From: Vicinamibacteria bacterium
GTDB taxonomy: Bacteria > Acidobacteriota > Vicinamibacteria > Marinacidobacterales > Marinacidobacteraceae
Length of the DNA: 64,000 nucleotides
NCBI GenBank assembly: GCA_963422395.1
Contig: OY729431.1
Span: forward strand, 32,001 to 96,000
Direction: 5' to 3'
The notes beneath the pieces were generated by a model. That model ran no database searches. It was given only the letters and a program-made list of their open reading frames with translations, and was not told where the DNA came from. A program made the position numbers and the translations under genes. This document shows, piece by piece, positions 29,322 to 40,095 of the stretch; position 1 is the stretch's first letter, and the number at the start of each line of letters is the position of its first letter.

Positions 29322-30699
29322 TCAGGGCGCCTCGGGCTCGGAGACCGCCACCACCGCGGTCCGAACCCCGCCGTCCCGCCAGGCGACCAGGAGTCTCTCC
29401 CGACCATCGAAAAGCAGGTCGCTCGATTCCGCCTCCGCCGGCTCGCCGCCGCTCGCTTCGCTGCTTTCCGGATCGGCTTCCTCGCCTTCCGGCTCCTCCG
29501 GCGGTGGTCCCGCCAGGCGACCAGGAGTCGTCGGCGACCCGAACGAGTTGCAGCATGCCGGACTCGCGGCCCGCAGGGCTCTCGGCCACCCGCAGCGAGG
29601 GTCCGAGGCGGCCGTCGGGCCAAGCGCGCCGCAGGCGGATCTCCGCCCGCGGGCCGCTCGCGGATTCGAGCCAGACGAAGGCCGCGCTCCCGTCGTCGAG
29701 CGACGCGGCTGCCGCGAAGCCGCGCGGAGCCCCGCCGTCCAGGCGAATCGGGGGATCGAAGTTCGCCCCCGCGTCATCGGAGAAGGCAGCCCGAACCTCC
29801 GGCTGACCGGCCGCCATGGTGAACCAGGCGACCGCGAGGGTGCCGCCGCCGGCCGAGATCGCCGGTCCGTTCACCGGACAAGCGTTGATGGCCCAGCCGT
29901 CTTCGTGAACCGAGCGGACGGGCGTCCAGCGGCCGCGGACCTTGCGGGTGACCGAGATGTCCCGGACATCGTCGTCCGGCGGGTTTCGTTGCCGGTCCCG
30001 GAACACCACGATCGGCTCGTTCCCGACGGCGGCCATCGCGGTCGCACAGCAGCTGCAGACATCGGGATCGAGACGCTGGTCTCCCAGCCGATACCCCTGT
30101 TCGTGAAACCGGACGAGCCGAAGCGTCATGTCCCCGGGGTCCTGCGAACCGCCCGGCGGAGTCAGGTAGGCGGCGGAGAAGCCGCCCGGCTCCGGAGCGA
30201 AGGAGACGAATCCGGAGTAGCTCTCGATGTTGCCGAGCCCCTCGGAGAACAGCTCGCGCCAGCTCGCACCCCGGTCGGTGGAATAGGCGATCTTCAAGCC
30301 GTATCCGTAGTGGCCCTCGGCGGCGGGATTCCTGACCAGCCAGTGAGCGGCGAGCCGGTCCTCCCCGAGGGCCGCCACGCTGGGGTGGTCCGCCCAGTTG
30401 ACGAACCAACCGGCGCCTTCGGCGATCGGCCGCGCCGGACCCCAGGCGTCGGTCCCGGAGCCCTCTCCGGTTCCTCCCCGCTGGAGCTCCGAAAAACGCA
30501 GTCGGTGGCCTTCGGAAAGCGGTTCGACCCAGCTCAGGAAAGCGGCGCCCTCGGGAGTTGCGCTCAATGAATACATCCCGCTCTCCTCGGCGGCGGGCGG
30601 CTTCAGGGGCGTCACCGCCTCCTGGGCGTACCCCGAGGCGGCGGCGAACAGGACCGGAATCAGCGGGAGGGTGGGGCGCGAAGACAGCAGGCCGTTCAT
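29322..30699 (-). CDS. Secreted BNR/sialidase-fold protein with disrupted (frameshifted, duplicated) C-terminus
   Basis: Asp-boxes STDRGASW and SDDAGANF; FVNWAD.PS, VCSCC and CPVNGP. The natural-looking end LLVAWRD..VRTA lies in other reading frames. Confidence 0.7.
29373..29529. repeat. 23-bp direct repeat, 134 bp apart
   Basis: GTCCCGCCAGGCGACCAGGAGTC at 29373 and 29507. Confidence 0.8.
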
Positions 30700-30793
30700 C
30701 GAAAACCCCGCGATTCTCGCACGGAAGGCGGTGCGGAATCGAAAAGACCCGCTGTTACCATCGCGTTTTTCCGTCTGGCGAGGAATCCCGGAG

Positions 30794-32248
30794 ATGATCG
30801 AATCACCGTCCCGATACGAGCTTGCGCAAGTGCTCGCCGGCATTCTCGGCCTCGGAGTACTCCTCGCCGCGCCGGTCTCCGCTTCCGGGCAATCGGCAGC
30901 CGAGCTGCAGCCGGGCGCCCGTGGATTCGTCCAGTACGACGACCCGGTCATCGCCATCACTGGCGTGCAGTTGGTGGACGGAACCGGAGCGCCGCCGCGC
31001 CGCGGCCAGACGGTGGTCCTCGAAGGGCGCCGCATCCGGAGCGTCGGTCCGGACGGCGAAATCGCGATTCCGGAAGGGGCGCGGCAGATCGACGGCACCG
31101 AACACACCCTGATCCCGGGCCTCGTCGGGGTCCACAACCACACCTTCTACACCACCGCGGCGCGCCATTCGCAGATGAACACCACCTCGCCGCGGCTCTA
31201 TCTGGCCGCCGGGGTCACCACGATCCGCACTACCGGCAGCTATTCGCCGTACAGCGAGATCAACATGCGCCGAGCCATCGAGGCCGGCGAGATCGTCGGG
31301 CCCCGGATGCATATCACCGGCCCCTACATCTCCGGTACCGGAGCCGCCACCTACATGACCCAGGTGGCGAGCCCGGAGGACGCTCGCCGGGTGGTCGCCT
31401 ACTGGGCCGAAGAAGGCGCGAGCTGGTTCAAGGCGTACACCCGGATCTCCCGTGCCGAACTCGGCGCGGCCATCGAAGAGGCCCATCGCCTCGGCCTGCG
31501 CTTCACCGGGCACCTCTGCTCGGTGACCTTCCGGGAAGCGGTGGACCTCGGGATCGATTCGCTCGAACACGGCTTCTTCACGAACACCGAGTACCACGAA
31601 GCCAAGCAGCCGGACGAGTGCCCGCCGGACTTCCGCAGCACCCTCCGGGACATCGAAGTGGACTCCGACGCCGTGAACGCCACGATCTCCCATCTGGTCG
31701 AGAACGAAGTCGCCCTGACTTCGACCCTCGCCGTCTATGAGCTCTCCGTCCCCGGCCGTCCACCGCTCGAAGACCGCAACCTGGAGGCGCTCTCTCCGGG
31801 CGCTCGGGACGAGTACCTCGCCCGCCGGGAAGAGATCGCGGAGGCGCGCGACGCCGTCTTCCTCGATCTGTTTCCGAAGGCCCAGGCGTTCGAGTACCGC
31901 TTCTTTCGGGCGGGGGGGTTGCTCGCCGCCGGGGTGGACCCCACCGGGAACGGCGGAGCCCTGCCCGGCTTCGGCGACCAGCGGAACTACGAGCTGCTGC
32001 TCGAAGCCGAGTTCACTCCCGCCGAGGCGCTTCAGGTGATGAGCCTCAACGGCGCCCGGGTGCTCGGGGTGGACGAAGACCTCGGCAGCATCGAGGCCGG
32101 GAAGGTCGCCGACCTCGTGCTGATCGACGGCGATCCGGTTTTCGCCCCCTTCGAGATCCGGAAGGTGGTGACCGTCTTCAAGGACGGCGTCGGCTACGAC
32201 TCTCGAAAGCTCATCGCCTCGGTGCGAGGCTTGGTCGGACTCGAATAA
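30794..32248 (+). CDS. Secreted amidohydrolase family protein
   Basis: Signal peptide, PGLVGVHNH, GVTTIR, LEHG and GSIEAGKVADLV. Confidence 0.88.
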   Translation: MIESPSRYELAQVLAGILGLGVLLAAPVSASGQSAAELQPGARGFVQYDDPVIAITGVQLVDGTGAPPRRGQTVVLEGRRIRSVGPDGEIAIPEGARQIDGTEHTLIPGLVGVHNHTFYTTAARHSQMNTTSPRLYLAAGVTTIRTTGSYSPYSEINMRRAIEAGEIVGPRMHITGPYISGTGAATYMTQVASPEDARRVVAYWAEEGASWFKAYTRISRAELGAAIEEAHRLGLRFTGHLCSVTFREAVDLGIDSLEHGFFTNTEYHEAKQPDECPPDFRSTLRDIEVDSDAVNATISHLVENEVALTSTLAVYELSVPGRPPLEDRNLEALSPGARDEYLARREEIAEARDAVFLDLFPKAQAFEYRFFRAGGLLAAGVDPTGNGGALPGFGDQRNYELLLEAEFTPAEALQVMSLNGARVLGVDEDLGSIEAGKVADLVLIDGDPVFAPFEIRKVVTVFKDGVGYDSRKLIASVRGLVGLE

Positions 32249-32364
32249 CCGTCAGCCCCACCGGAAGTCCACGGCTTGCTCCAGCGCCGGGCTGTGGGGC
32301 TCCGGTTGCGGCAGGAGATCGGCCGGTCGCCAGAAAGCTCCGGGGAGTCGATCCCCAGCGAGAG

Positions 32365-33120
32365 CTATTCGACGAATGGTTCGAACTCTTCGCCACTCAT
32401 CGGTTCGTGCTTGTCCCAACGGCTGTGCATCTCGATCAGCAGGCGCTGCGCCGTCGGATGGGGAGCCCGATTGACCCGCACCACACTGGCCCGATACTCC
32501 CCCTTCGACTCCACCATGCTCATCGTCAGATCGTGTACGAAGTACCGTGGCGCCCACCCGATCAGGAAATAGTCCCGAGTCTGAATCTGGACGGCAGGCT
32601 GCTTCGTCGGATTCGTGAGTTCCAGTGCGACATGCAGCTTATCGCCCGGCTGGAGAGAGTCCATCCGTTCCCGCGCTGACGGATTCGTGTGCCGGAAGCC
32701 GTGGAGAAAGAACCGACAGACGAAACTCCCGTCGCCCCGCTTGACGAGCTTCGGAAACACTTCGAAAAAGTCGGTCACCCGATACCCGCCGTCCACCCAC
32801 AGGATCTCCGTGGGATCCACGGACGGGTCGAGACCGAGGCCTTTCAGGTAATCCTTGAAATCCGGACGGCGAGGCGACATGACCCGGTTCCGGAAAACCG
32901 GAAAAAGTTCGGACGACTCATAATCGCCGTGCAACTCGGCGAACCCGGGGACCAGATCGAATCCTCCGGTCTTCCGGGCGCGTTCCGCGCCTTTCACATG
33001 TCGAAATCGGTACCACGGCCTCGCCTCATCCGCATCCAGGCGCCCCACGGGGAACCACTGCCGACTCGCCGCCCGATCCTGCCACCCCAAGTAGAGTGTT
33101 CTTTCGCTCACTTCATGCAA
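32365..33120 (-). CDS. HIRAN domain-containing protein
   Basis: LYLGWQ...WFPVGRL, LFPVFRNR, FFLHG, EL.NP...AV and IGWAPRY. Overlaps the kinase stop codon. Confidence 0.75.
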   Translation of the reverse strand: MHEVSERTLYLGWQDRAASRQWFPVGRLDADEARPWYRFRHVKGAERARKTGGFDLVPGFAELHGDYESSELFPVFRNRVMSPRRPDFKDYLKGLGLDPSVDPTEILWVDGGYRVTDFFEVFPKLVKRGDGSFVCRFFLHGFRHTNPSARERMDSLQPGDKLHVALELTNPTKQPAVQIQTRDYFLIGWAPRYFVHDLTMSMVESKGEYRASVVRVNRAPHPTAQRLLIEMHSRWDKHEPMSGEEFEPFVE

Positions 33121-34127
33121 TGCGCAATCTGTGCCGCATTGTAGTGCATCAGCGCTACGGCGAAATCTTTCGCCGATTCCGACATCCAGTCATCAGGGAC
33201 CCGCCGAACGACATCTCGAAGAGCATCGCGCTGCTCCCGGACTCTGGTGATCGGCTGGCGAAACAGATCTGGATACACCTCTGCAGCCCGACGCATCAAC
33301 CCGATCGGGCTCGGGCCGTAACGACCGGAGTCGGACCAGAAGACGCCGCCGCGACCTTTCTCGGAATAGCAACCCACAGTCCCGTCCTGTAAGCCACGCC
33401 TTCGTTTTTCCTCGCTGAGCTCACGGCCGAGAGAGGAAGCGTGATCGAAAGTCGGCGCGAGAAATCCACAAAGGCCAGAAGCAGTTCGCTTCACGAGAAG
33501 CCCCCAATTTTCGTGATGACGATCGGTGTTCCCGATGAGCGCATCCAGGACGATGTACCCAGCGAACTGCCGTTTGGCAATAGCCGCCGCATTCCTCGTC
33601 TTGAATGACGCCTCCAGCGTGTGAAAGATATTGCTCAGCGTGTGGGCCGACTGTCCGAAACGCTTTTCTCGATCGTAACTTATGGTGGTTCTGGAGAGCA
33701 CTTCGTTACCGTGGATCAGTATCCGTCCCCTGCGTGCGAAGGACTCCGTGACGGATCCGCGCACCCCCTGAAACATGGCCAGCTTCACGCCGGCATGGTG
33801 GACACCGAGACGACCTGCCGTCTCGGCGGCGATCTTTTCCGCCCAGTGTTCTCCGCTTCCTTCCCGTGGATACTTGAACAACCAACGGTCGTCCTCGTCA
33901 ACGAGTCGGTACCAGAACTTGGGTTTGCTACCCATCGCCTCCGACCCGGTCCTCCACTCCCCTTCGACTGTGACGATCCGGTACGCAGCGGAACCGCGGC
34001 CCGCGGAGAGGCTCGACTTTCGAAAGGGCTCCGGCCGCGAAGCAGGGGGCCGGCCGCCGGCGGGTTCGCCGTTCGCGATGATCACGATGCCGTGCGCGAA
34101 GACCATTCGATTCCCACCGGGTCGCAC
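33108..34127 (-). CDS. HipA-like Ser/Thr kinase (start uncertain, probably near 33935-34000)
   Basis: GSKPKFW, WLFK, GEHWAEK, DALIGNTDRHHENW and APTFDHASSL. Confidence 0.85.
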   Translation of the reverse strand: MRPGGNRMVFAHGIVIIANGEPAGGRPPASRPEPFRKSSLSAGRGSAAYRIVTVEGEWRTGSEAMGSKPKFWYRLVDEDDRWLFKYPREGSGEHWAEKIAAETAGRLGVHHAGVKLAMFQGVRGSVTESFARRGRILIHGNEVLSRTTISYDREKRFGQSAHTLSNIFHTLEASFKTRNAAAIAKRQFAGYIVLDALIGNTDRHHENWGLLVKRTASGLCGFLAPTFDHASSLGRELSEEKRRRGLQDGTVGCYSEKGRGGVFWSDSGRYGPSPIGLMRRAAEVYPDLFRQPITRVREQRDALRDVVRRVPDDWMSESAKDFAVALMHYNAAQIAHCMK

Positions 34128-36500
34128 GCAGACTCTTCGGAAGCCGGCCTCGTCGCGCGTAGGGCGGGTGCCCGCCGACCACAGGGCCGAAGCGGTTCGC
34201 CAAGGGCGAGGGCACCCTGCGGATCGCAGTCTTCGAGGGATTTTCTCCCGACCAGATGCGGCGAACGCTCATGATCCCTTTCCGGAGGAACGAGCGAGCG
34301 GGTTTCCCATCGGGATCCGAGCACCGGCGGAACCCGCTGGGTGTATGGGCTTGCTCCGGCGCCGGGCGTCCGGTAGAGATTTCGGATTTCGGTTTCCAAG
34401 ACCTGCGGGAAGCTGGCGTCTCCGATTGCGAGCAGGGTAGCGAGCGCCGCGTCGCGGTCCCCCTGCGCCTTGGCGACCAGGGCCAGGTCGAAGCGAACGG
34501 CGGCGTCGTCGAGGACCGAACCCGGCCCGATCGCGGCGGCGGCACGCAAAAAGGCCGCCTCCGCGCGGTCCAACTCGCCGGCGGCGAAGGCGGCGAGACC
34601 TTCGGTCAACGCGGTCACTTCGGGCGGCTCGGGTCCGCCGTCGATTCGCAGTCGGTACTGCGGTCCTTCGGAACCGCCGCCAGCGCCCCCGGTGCGGACG
34701 AGCTGGTTTTTGGATACGACGACGGTCCCTCCGTGCACTTCCGCGGAGCAGTCCTCCCGCAGCGGGCCCTCCGGCGGACCCCAGGAAACACAGGTTTCTC
34801 TCTCGATTTCCTCATCGATTCCTCCACTTCTTCCTTCACCCGGCTGCTCCCGGACGAACGCGAACCCCCCTTCACGGGCGGCGACCGCCGCCGCCCGTCC
34901 GGGAACGACCGAGAGCGCGCGAAGTTCGCCCGGGTCCTCGGGCCCCCGCCCGGCGGCCACGGCAGCCACGGCGGACAGGACCAGAGGCGTTCCCCCTTCG
35001 GCTTCGTAGTCCCGCTGGATCGCGAACCGGTTGCCGGCGTTCGGCGCCAGCCCGGCAGCCACCCGGAGGCGTCCGCCGGGGACCGCTCGCACCACGCGCC
35101 GGTCGAGTCGCTGCGCCTCCTCGAGCAGCCGCTCGCCGAAGCGGGGCACGAGCTGGTCGAGCAGAGCGAGCCGCGCCGCATCCCCGGCCTGTAGGGCAGC
35201 CGCCGCGCGCAGCAGCGAAATCGCCCGAGACACTGCCCGGGGCGGCGATTCCGCCGTGTCGCGCAGCGTGGTGCGGACCGCGTCCAACAGGCGATCCTCG
35301 ATGTCCCCGAGCGGTTCGGTTCCGGCCTCGAGCCGGAGGAGGATCTCGATCAGCTCCGCCGCGCCGCGGGGAATGTCCACGAGCGGCTGGGGACCACCGG
35401 CAACGGGAGAATCGTCCAGGAAACGGAAGAGCGAAAGCAGGCGGCGGCGCACCGAATCGTCGGCGACGATGGGAAGGCGCCAGACGGACATTCCGGCGCG
35501 AGCCGCCAGCCAGAGCGTTTCCTCCGCGGAGTCCGATCCCGGAGGGAAGGGAATCGCAGCCCGGCGCGCCACATGTCCGATCGGGCGCGGCCGGAGCGCG
35601 GACCGCGCCGAAGCCGTCTGCGGCTCGGGCTGGAACAGACCGGCGCCGGTGAGCTGGGCGATCCTCGCCATGAGGGCCAGGTCGGCATCGGGGACCGCCG
35701 CGATCAGGTCCACCGCACGGCCCCGGAGCCCGATCTGGAGATCGCCGATCACTTCTCCGCAGCGCGGGCACCCGGGCGCTGGGAAATACAGCAACAGCGA
35801 ACGCCCTTCGGCAAACGAGCGGGCGCTCGACCAGGCGCCGCCGGAAACGGCGAGGGTGAGCGCGGGAAAGGGGGCCTCCTGAGGGATCGCCCCTTCCGGG
35901 ACCCTGTTCCGGGAAGCAGCGGGAGCCCGGAAACGGAAGCGGTCCAGCGCTGCGGCCAGTCCGTTTTCGGTCCGAAAAGCACCCGACCCGCGAAGCAGGT
36001 CGAGGACTTCCACGCGGTCCGGGTCCGGCGCCGCGGCCCAGGACCGAAGCAGCAAGGCGACGCGCTCCCCGAGATCGAGCTGCGGCAGGTCGGCCAGACG
36101 CCGCCAGGTCTCCGCCCGGGGGAGGAGGACCACTGCACGGCGGTACTCCCTTTCGGCACCGACAGGATCGCCGGCGGCGGCCAGCGCGTCGCCGAGGGTC
36201 TGCCGGTAGCGGGCCCGCTCTCGCCGATACGAGGCGCGGGCCGCACCCGTGAATTCGTCGAGCAGGATGCCCGCCTCGGGCGCCTCTTCTCGCCAGCGCT
36301 CCGAAGCGAAGCGTTCCGACTGTTGCAGGGCAGCGAAAGCGCTCTCGACCGCCGCGGCGGCGTCAGCGGCTCCGTCACTCGCATCGAGCAGCCGCCTCGC
36401 TTCGGCGTGCTCGGCCGATCCCGGCAGCTGCCCCGCGGCCCCTCCGGCAGAATGCCCGATGGGAACGAAGACCAACGCCGCGAGCGCCGCCGGCCGGAGA
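34082..36500 (-). CDS. Hypothetical TPR protein with thioredoxin-like CxxC segment
   Basis: TPR-like helices at both ends and LLLYFPAPGCPRC. Both ends of the gene are uncertain. Confidence 0.55.
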
Positions 36501-36504
36501 CCGC

Positions 36505-37686
36505 TCAACGGAGGCGCTGCAATCGTTCGACCGCCGCGTGAAGCGTCGCCGGCGTCTTGCAGAAAGCGAACCGGAGACGCTGGCGGCCCGCGGCAGGATC
36601 CGCATAGAAGCTCGAACCGGGGACCGCGGCGACACCCACGGTTTCGACCAGGTGACGGGCGAAAGCCGCATCGTCTTCGAACCCGAACTCCGAAATGTCG
36701 GTCATCAGGTAATAGGCCCCGGCGGGCGGAAAGCAGCGAAATCCGATCTCGCTGAGTCCGGCGATGAGGAGGTCCCGGCGCTCTTCGTATCCCGACCGCA
36801 GCTCCTCGTAGTAGGAAGGGGGCAGGCGCAGCGCCGCGGCGCCCGCTTCCTGGAGCGGAGCGGCGGCGCCCACCGTCAGGAAGTCGTGGACCTTGCGGAT
36901 GGCGGCGGTGATGTCCGCGGGCGCCACCGTCCAGCCGACCCTCCACCCGGTCACCGAGTACGACTTCGACAGCCCGCTGATGGTGATGGTCCGTTCCGCC
37001 ATTCCCGGCAGGGTGGCGAGCGGGATGTGACGAGCGCCGTCGTAGGTGATGAACTCGTAGATCTCGTCGGTGATCGCGACGAGATCGTGTTCCTGCGAGA
37101 GCGCCGCGATCCGGGAGAGCTCCTCCCGGCCGAACACCTTGCCGCTCGGATTCTGGGGGGAGTTGACCACGATGGCCCGGGTGCGGTCCGACACTGCCGC
37201 CCGCAGCGCGTCCTCATCGAGCGACCATTCGGGCTCCGTGAGCCGCACATACCGGGGAACCGCTCCGGAGAGGACGGTGTCCGGCCCGTAGTTCTCGTAG
37301 AACGGTTCGAAGACGATCACTTCGTCGCCGGGATCCACCACCGCGAGCATGGCGGCCATCATCGCTTCGGTGGAGCCGCAAGTGACGGTGAGGTGTTCCT
37401 CGGGGTCCACCGCCATTCCGTAGATCCGGCGGTAGCGGGCGGCGAGCTCCGCCCGGAGCGAGCTGGCACCCCAGGTGATGGCGTACTGGTTGAGATCGGC
37501 GCGGATCGCGCGGACGGCCGCTTCCTTGACCGCCTCGGGAGCCGGAAAGTCGGGGAAGCCTTGGGCGAGGTTCACCGCATCGTGGGCGAGCGCGAGCCGG
37601 GTCATTTCGCGGATGACCGATTCCCCGAACTGCGCCGCCTTCGCGCTCTCCCGGTAACGGCGGGGGCGGGACGGCACAGAGATCAT
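36505..37686 (-). CDS. Class I/II PLP-dependent aminotransferase
   Basis: NLAQGFPDF, NSPQNPSG, TDEIYE and SKSYSVTGWRVGW. Confidence 0.92.
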   Translation of the reverse strand: MISVPSRPRRYRESAKAAQFGESVIREMTRLALAHDAVNLAQGFPDFPAPEAVKEAAVRAIRADLNQYAITWGASSLRAELAARYRRIYGMAVDPEEHLTVTCGSTEAMMAAMLAVVDPGDEVIVFEPFYENYGPDTVLSGAVPRYVRLTEPEWSLDEDALRAAVSDRTRAIVVNSPQNPSGKVFGREELSRIAALSQEHDLVAITDEIYEFITYDGARHIPLATLPGMAERTITISGLSKSYSVTGWRVGWTVAPADITAAIRKVHDFLTVGAAAPLQEAGAAALRLPPSYYEELRSGYEERRDLLIAGLSEIGFRCFPPAGAYYLMTDISEFGFEDDAAFARHLVETVGVAAVPGSSFYADPAAGRQRLRFAFCKTPATLHAAVERLQRLR

Positions 37687-40007
37687 TCCGCGAGTGCCGG
37701 ATACAGGCGGCGGTAGAGCATCTCGTTGCGCAGCACGAGCTTCACATAGTTGCGGGTCTCGGTGAACGGGATCTCCTCGATGAACCGTTCCGCGGAGACC
37801 TCCGGATCCGCTTTCGTCCAGGCGCGGACCCGGTGCGGGCCGGCGTTGTATCCGGCCAGCGCCCGCTCGGGGCGATCCTCGAATTCGTCGAGGAGTTGCC
37901 GCAGGTACCGGGTCCCGAAACGGATGTTCACCACCGGGTCGTAGAGGCGGGAAAGCCGGTAGGTCAGCCCTTCGAGCCGGGCGAGCGCCCTGCCGGTGGC
38001 GGGCATGATCTGCATGAGCCCGCGGGCGCCGACCGGAGACCGGGTACGGGGCGCAAAGGCAGATTCCTGACGGATCAGACCAGCCACCTGGAAAGGATCG
38101 AGGTTCCAGTGCGCTGCCTGGGCCTTGAGACGGTCCCGGTAGCGCAACGGGTACAGGAGACGCCACCAGACGGCGGGGAGCGCCTCCCCCGCCGCCGAGG
38201 TGTGGAAGGGAGCGGCCCGCCGCAGCGCCTGGATGGCCGGGACCTGCCGGTCCATTTCCGCGAGCAGCCATCCCGCGATCGCCTGGAACGCCGCATCGTC
38301 GGGCCGCCCGGCGCGGGCTGCCGCGCGCGCCGCGGCGAGGGCGCGGTCGGGGAATCCGGCCGCATGGAGCTGGGTGATGCGATCCGCCTCTCCAGTCCGC
38401 CGGATGCGGAATCGCTCGAGCAGCAGTTCCGGTTCGGCGAGCGGGCTCTTCCGCGCCTCCGGGCCGGCGATCTGCTGCAGGCGTTCGGCGGCGCGGCGCC
38501 CGTAGAACGAATTCTGGTAGCCGAGGAAAACCTCGCGGTAGAGCTGCACGGCGGCAGCCGAATCTTCTGTCCGTTCCCGGGATCGAGCGCTGAAGTAGAG
38601 GAACTGGCCGGCCATGAAGTCGCCCGGGTGCTCGCGGGCGGCTCGTTCGAACGCCGCTGCCGTCCCTTCGAACTCCCCGCTGCGGTAGCGGTCCCAGAGC
38701 ACATGCCAGCGGGCGAAGAGCGACCGCGGTTCCTTCGGGTGTCGTTCGGCCAGCCGCTGCAGGTAGGGAAGGGCCGCCTCCCGATCGTTCTGCGCCAGCC
38801 GGCCGCGGGCGAGGCTATAGAGCGCCCGGGCGCCGAAATCGTGCTCCTGTTCGAGGGCGAGCAACTCCTCGAGAACCCGGCTCTGGGTCGTCAGCCGCCC
38901 GAGCCGGCGCAGCGATTCGCCACGGTAGTAGAGCGCTGCGGGCCGGAGGTCCGCCCGCTGGACCCGGCGCAGCGTGCGAAGCGAGGCGCTGAGGCGCCCC
39001 CGATGGAATTCCTCGATTCCGATGCGGAGCCGCACCCGTTCCGGGTCTCCCGCCGACGCGAACCGGCGGGCGACTTCAAGGTAGTTCTGATGCGCCTTCG
39101 GGTGGTTCCCCGCCCGGGCGAAGCCTTCCGCCCGGCGCATCGCCCGGGGATAACGCTCTGCCGGGGAGGGCGCGACGACTCCCGGCCGGCGGTAGAGCCG
39201 GGACAGCGAACGCCCTGCGGCCAACGACTCGCCGTGGGTAGGAAGGTCGTAATACAAGCGCTCGAGCCGCCGCGCCGCTTCCTCCAGGCGTCCGAGACGC
39301 TCCAGCACCCGAGCGGATTCGGCGAGCGCACCGCCTTCGAGTTGGAGCGGAGCCGATCCCGCGGCAGCGTTCCCAGCCGCGGCACTTCTCGCCGCGGTGC
39401 TGACCGCTTCGAAGCGGGCCAGAGCGGCTTCGCGGTCTCCGCGGCGGTTCAGACGGCGTCCGAGCTCGAGCGCCGCCGGCAGCACCCCCGCATGGTCCGG
39501 AAACCCGGCGAGCAACCGCTCGAGCGCGGCGATCGCTTCCCGGTCCCGCGCCCGGGGGAGCCTCTCGCCGAGGAGGTGCAACGCATCGGCAGCGAGCACG
39601 CCGGCTTCGACCTCGGGAGCCGTGAGCCGGGCGATAGCGTCCGACCAGCGCTGCTGCTGCAGCGCTTCGAAGCCGAGTCGGAACGACGCCGCGCTCTGGC
39701 TCCGGCTTTCGCTAGCGGGATCCTCGACGATCGCTTCGAGAGCGGCGCGCTGCGCCGCAGCAGATTCGATCATGCGGGCGCGATGGACCGCGGCGAGGTC
39801 GGGCGGCCGGGCTTCGAGCGCGGACCAGGGCAGGGGCGGCGGCTCGCCCGGGGGGCGGTTTCCTGCCCCGGATTCCGCTTGCCCGAGTCCCCCTCGTCCG
39901 CCGCTTCCGGTGAGAGGAACCGCAACCGCCGCTACGCAGAGCCCCGCCATCACGGGGCGGTGGAGACGACCGGCCGGCTGCCGCCGACCGGAGAGAATCC
40001 GTGTCAT
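37683..40007 (-). CDS. Soluble lytic murein transglycosylase with TPR region (Slt-like)
   Basis: IRQES, GARGLMQIMP, AGYNAG and IPFTETRNYV. Confidence 0.9.
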   Translation of the reverse strand: MTRILSGRRQPAGRLHRPVMAGLCVAAVAVPLTGSGGRGGLGQAESGAGNRPPGEPPPLPWSALEARPPDLAAVHRARMIESAAAQRAALEAIVEDPASESRSQSAASFRLGFEALQQQRWSDAIARLTAPEVEAGVLAADALHLLGERLPRARDREAIAALERLLAGFPDHAGVLPAALELGRRLNRRGDREAALARFEAVSTAARSAAAGNAAAGSAPLQLEGGALAESARVLERLGRLEEAARRLERLYYDLPTHGESLAAGRSLSRLYRRPGVVAPSPAERYPRAMRRAEGFARAGNHPKAHQNYLEVARRFASAGDPERVRLRIGIEEFHRGRLSASLRTLRRVQRADLRPAALYYRGESLRRLGRLTTQSRVLEELLALEQEHDFGARALYSLARGRLAQNDREAALPYLQRLAERHPKEPRSLFARWHVLWDRYRSGEFEGTAAAFERAAREHPGDFMAGQFLYFSARSRERTEDSAAAVQLYREVFLGYQNSFYGRRAAERLQQIAGPEARKSPLAEPELLLERFRIRRTGEADRITQLHAAGFPDRALAAARAAARAGRPDDAAFQAIAGWLLAEMDRQVPAIQALRRAAPFHTSAAGEALPAVWWRLLYPLRYRDRLKAQAAHWNLDPFQVAGLIRQESAFAPRTRSPVGARGLMQIMPATGRALARLEGLTYRLSRLYDPVVNIRFGTRYLRQLLDEFEDRPERALAGYNAGPHRVRAWTKADPEVSAERFIEEIPFTETRNYVKLVLRNEMLYRRLYPALAE

Positions 40008-40095
40008 GTGGTACCATGCTACCTACTCCGGTGTGCGCGTAGCGAAGGGTTGTTTCCCTCGCTCGCGGAAGCGCCGGATGTTTCACGATAGAGGA

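Noticed and set aside
27646-30570. 974-aa plus-strand ORF and many similar Arg/Pro/Gly-rich alternative-frame ORFs
   Set aside because: They overlap well-supported genes in other frames and have low-complexity composition expected from GC-rich DNA.
33124-33138. GCAATCTGTGCCGCA match to the MITE end
   Set aside because: Only 15 bp, inside the kinase coding sequence and without the CTAG or the downstream part; probably chance.
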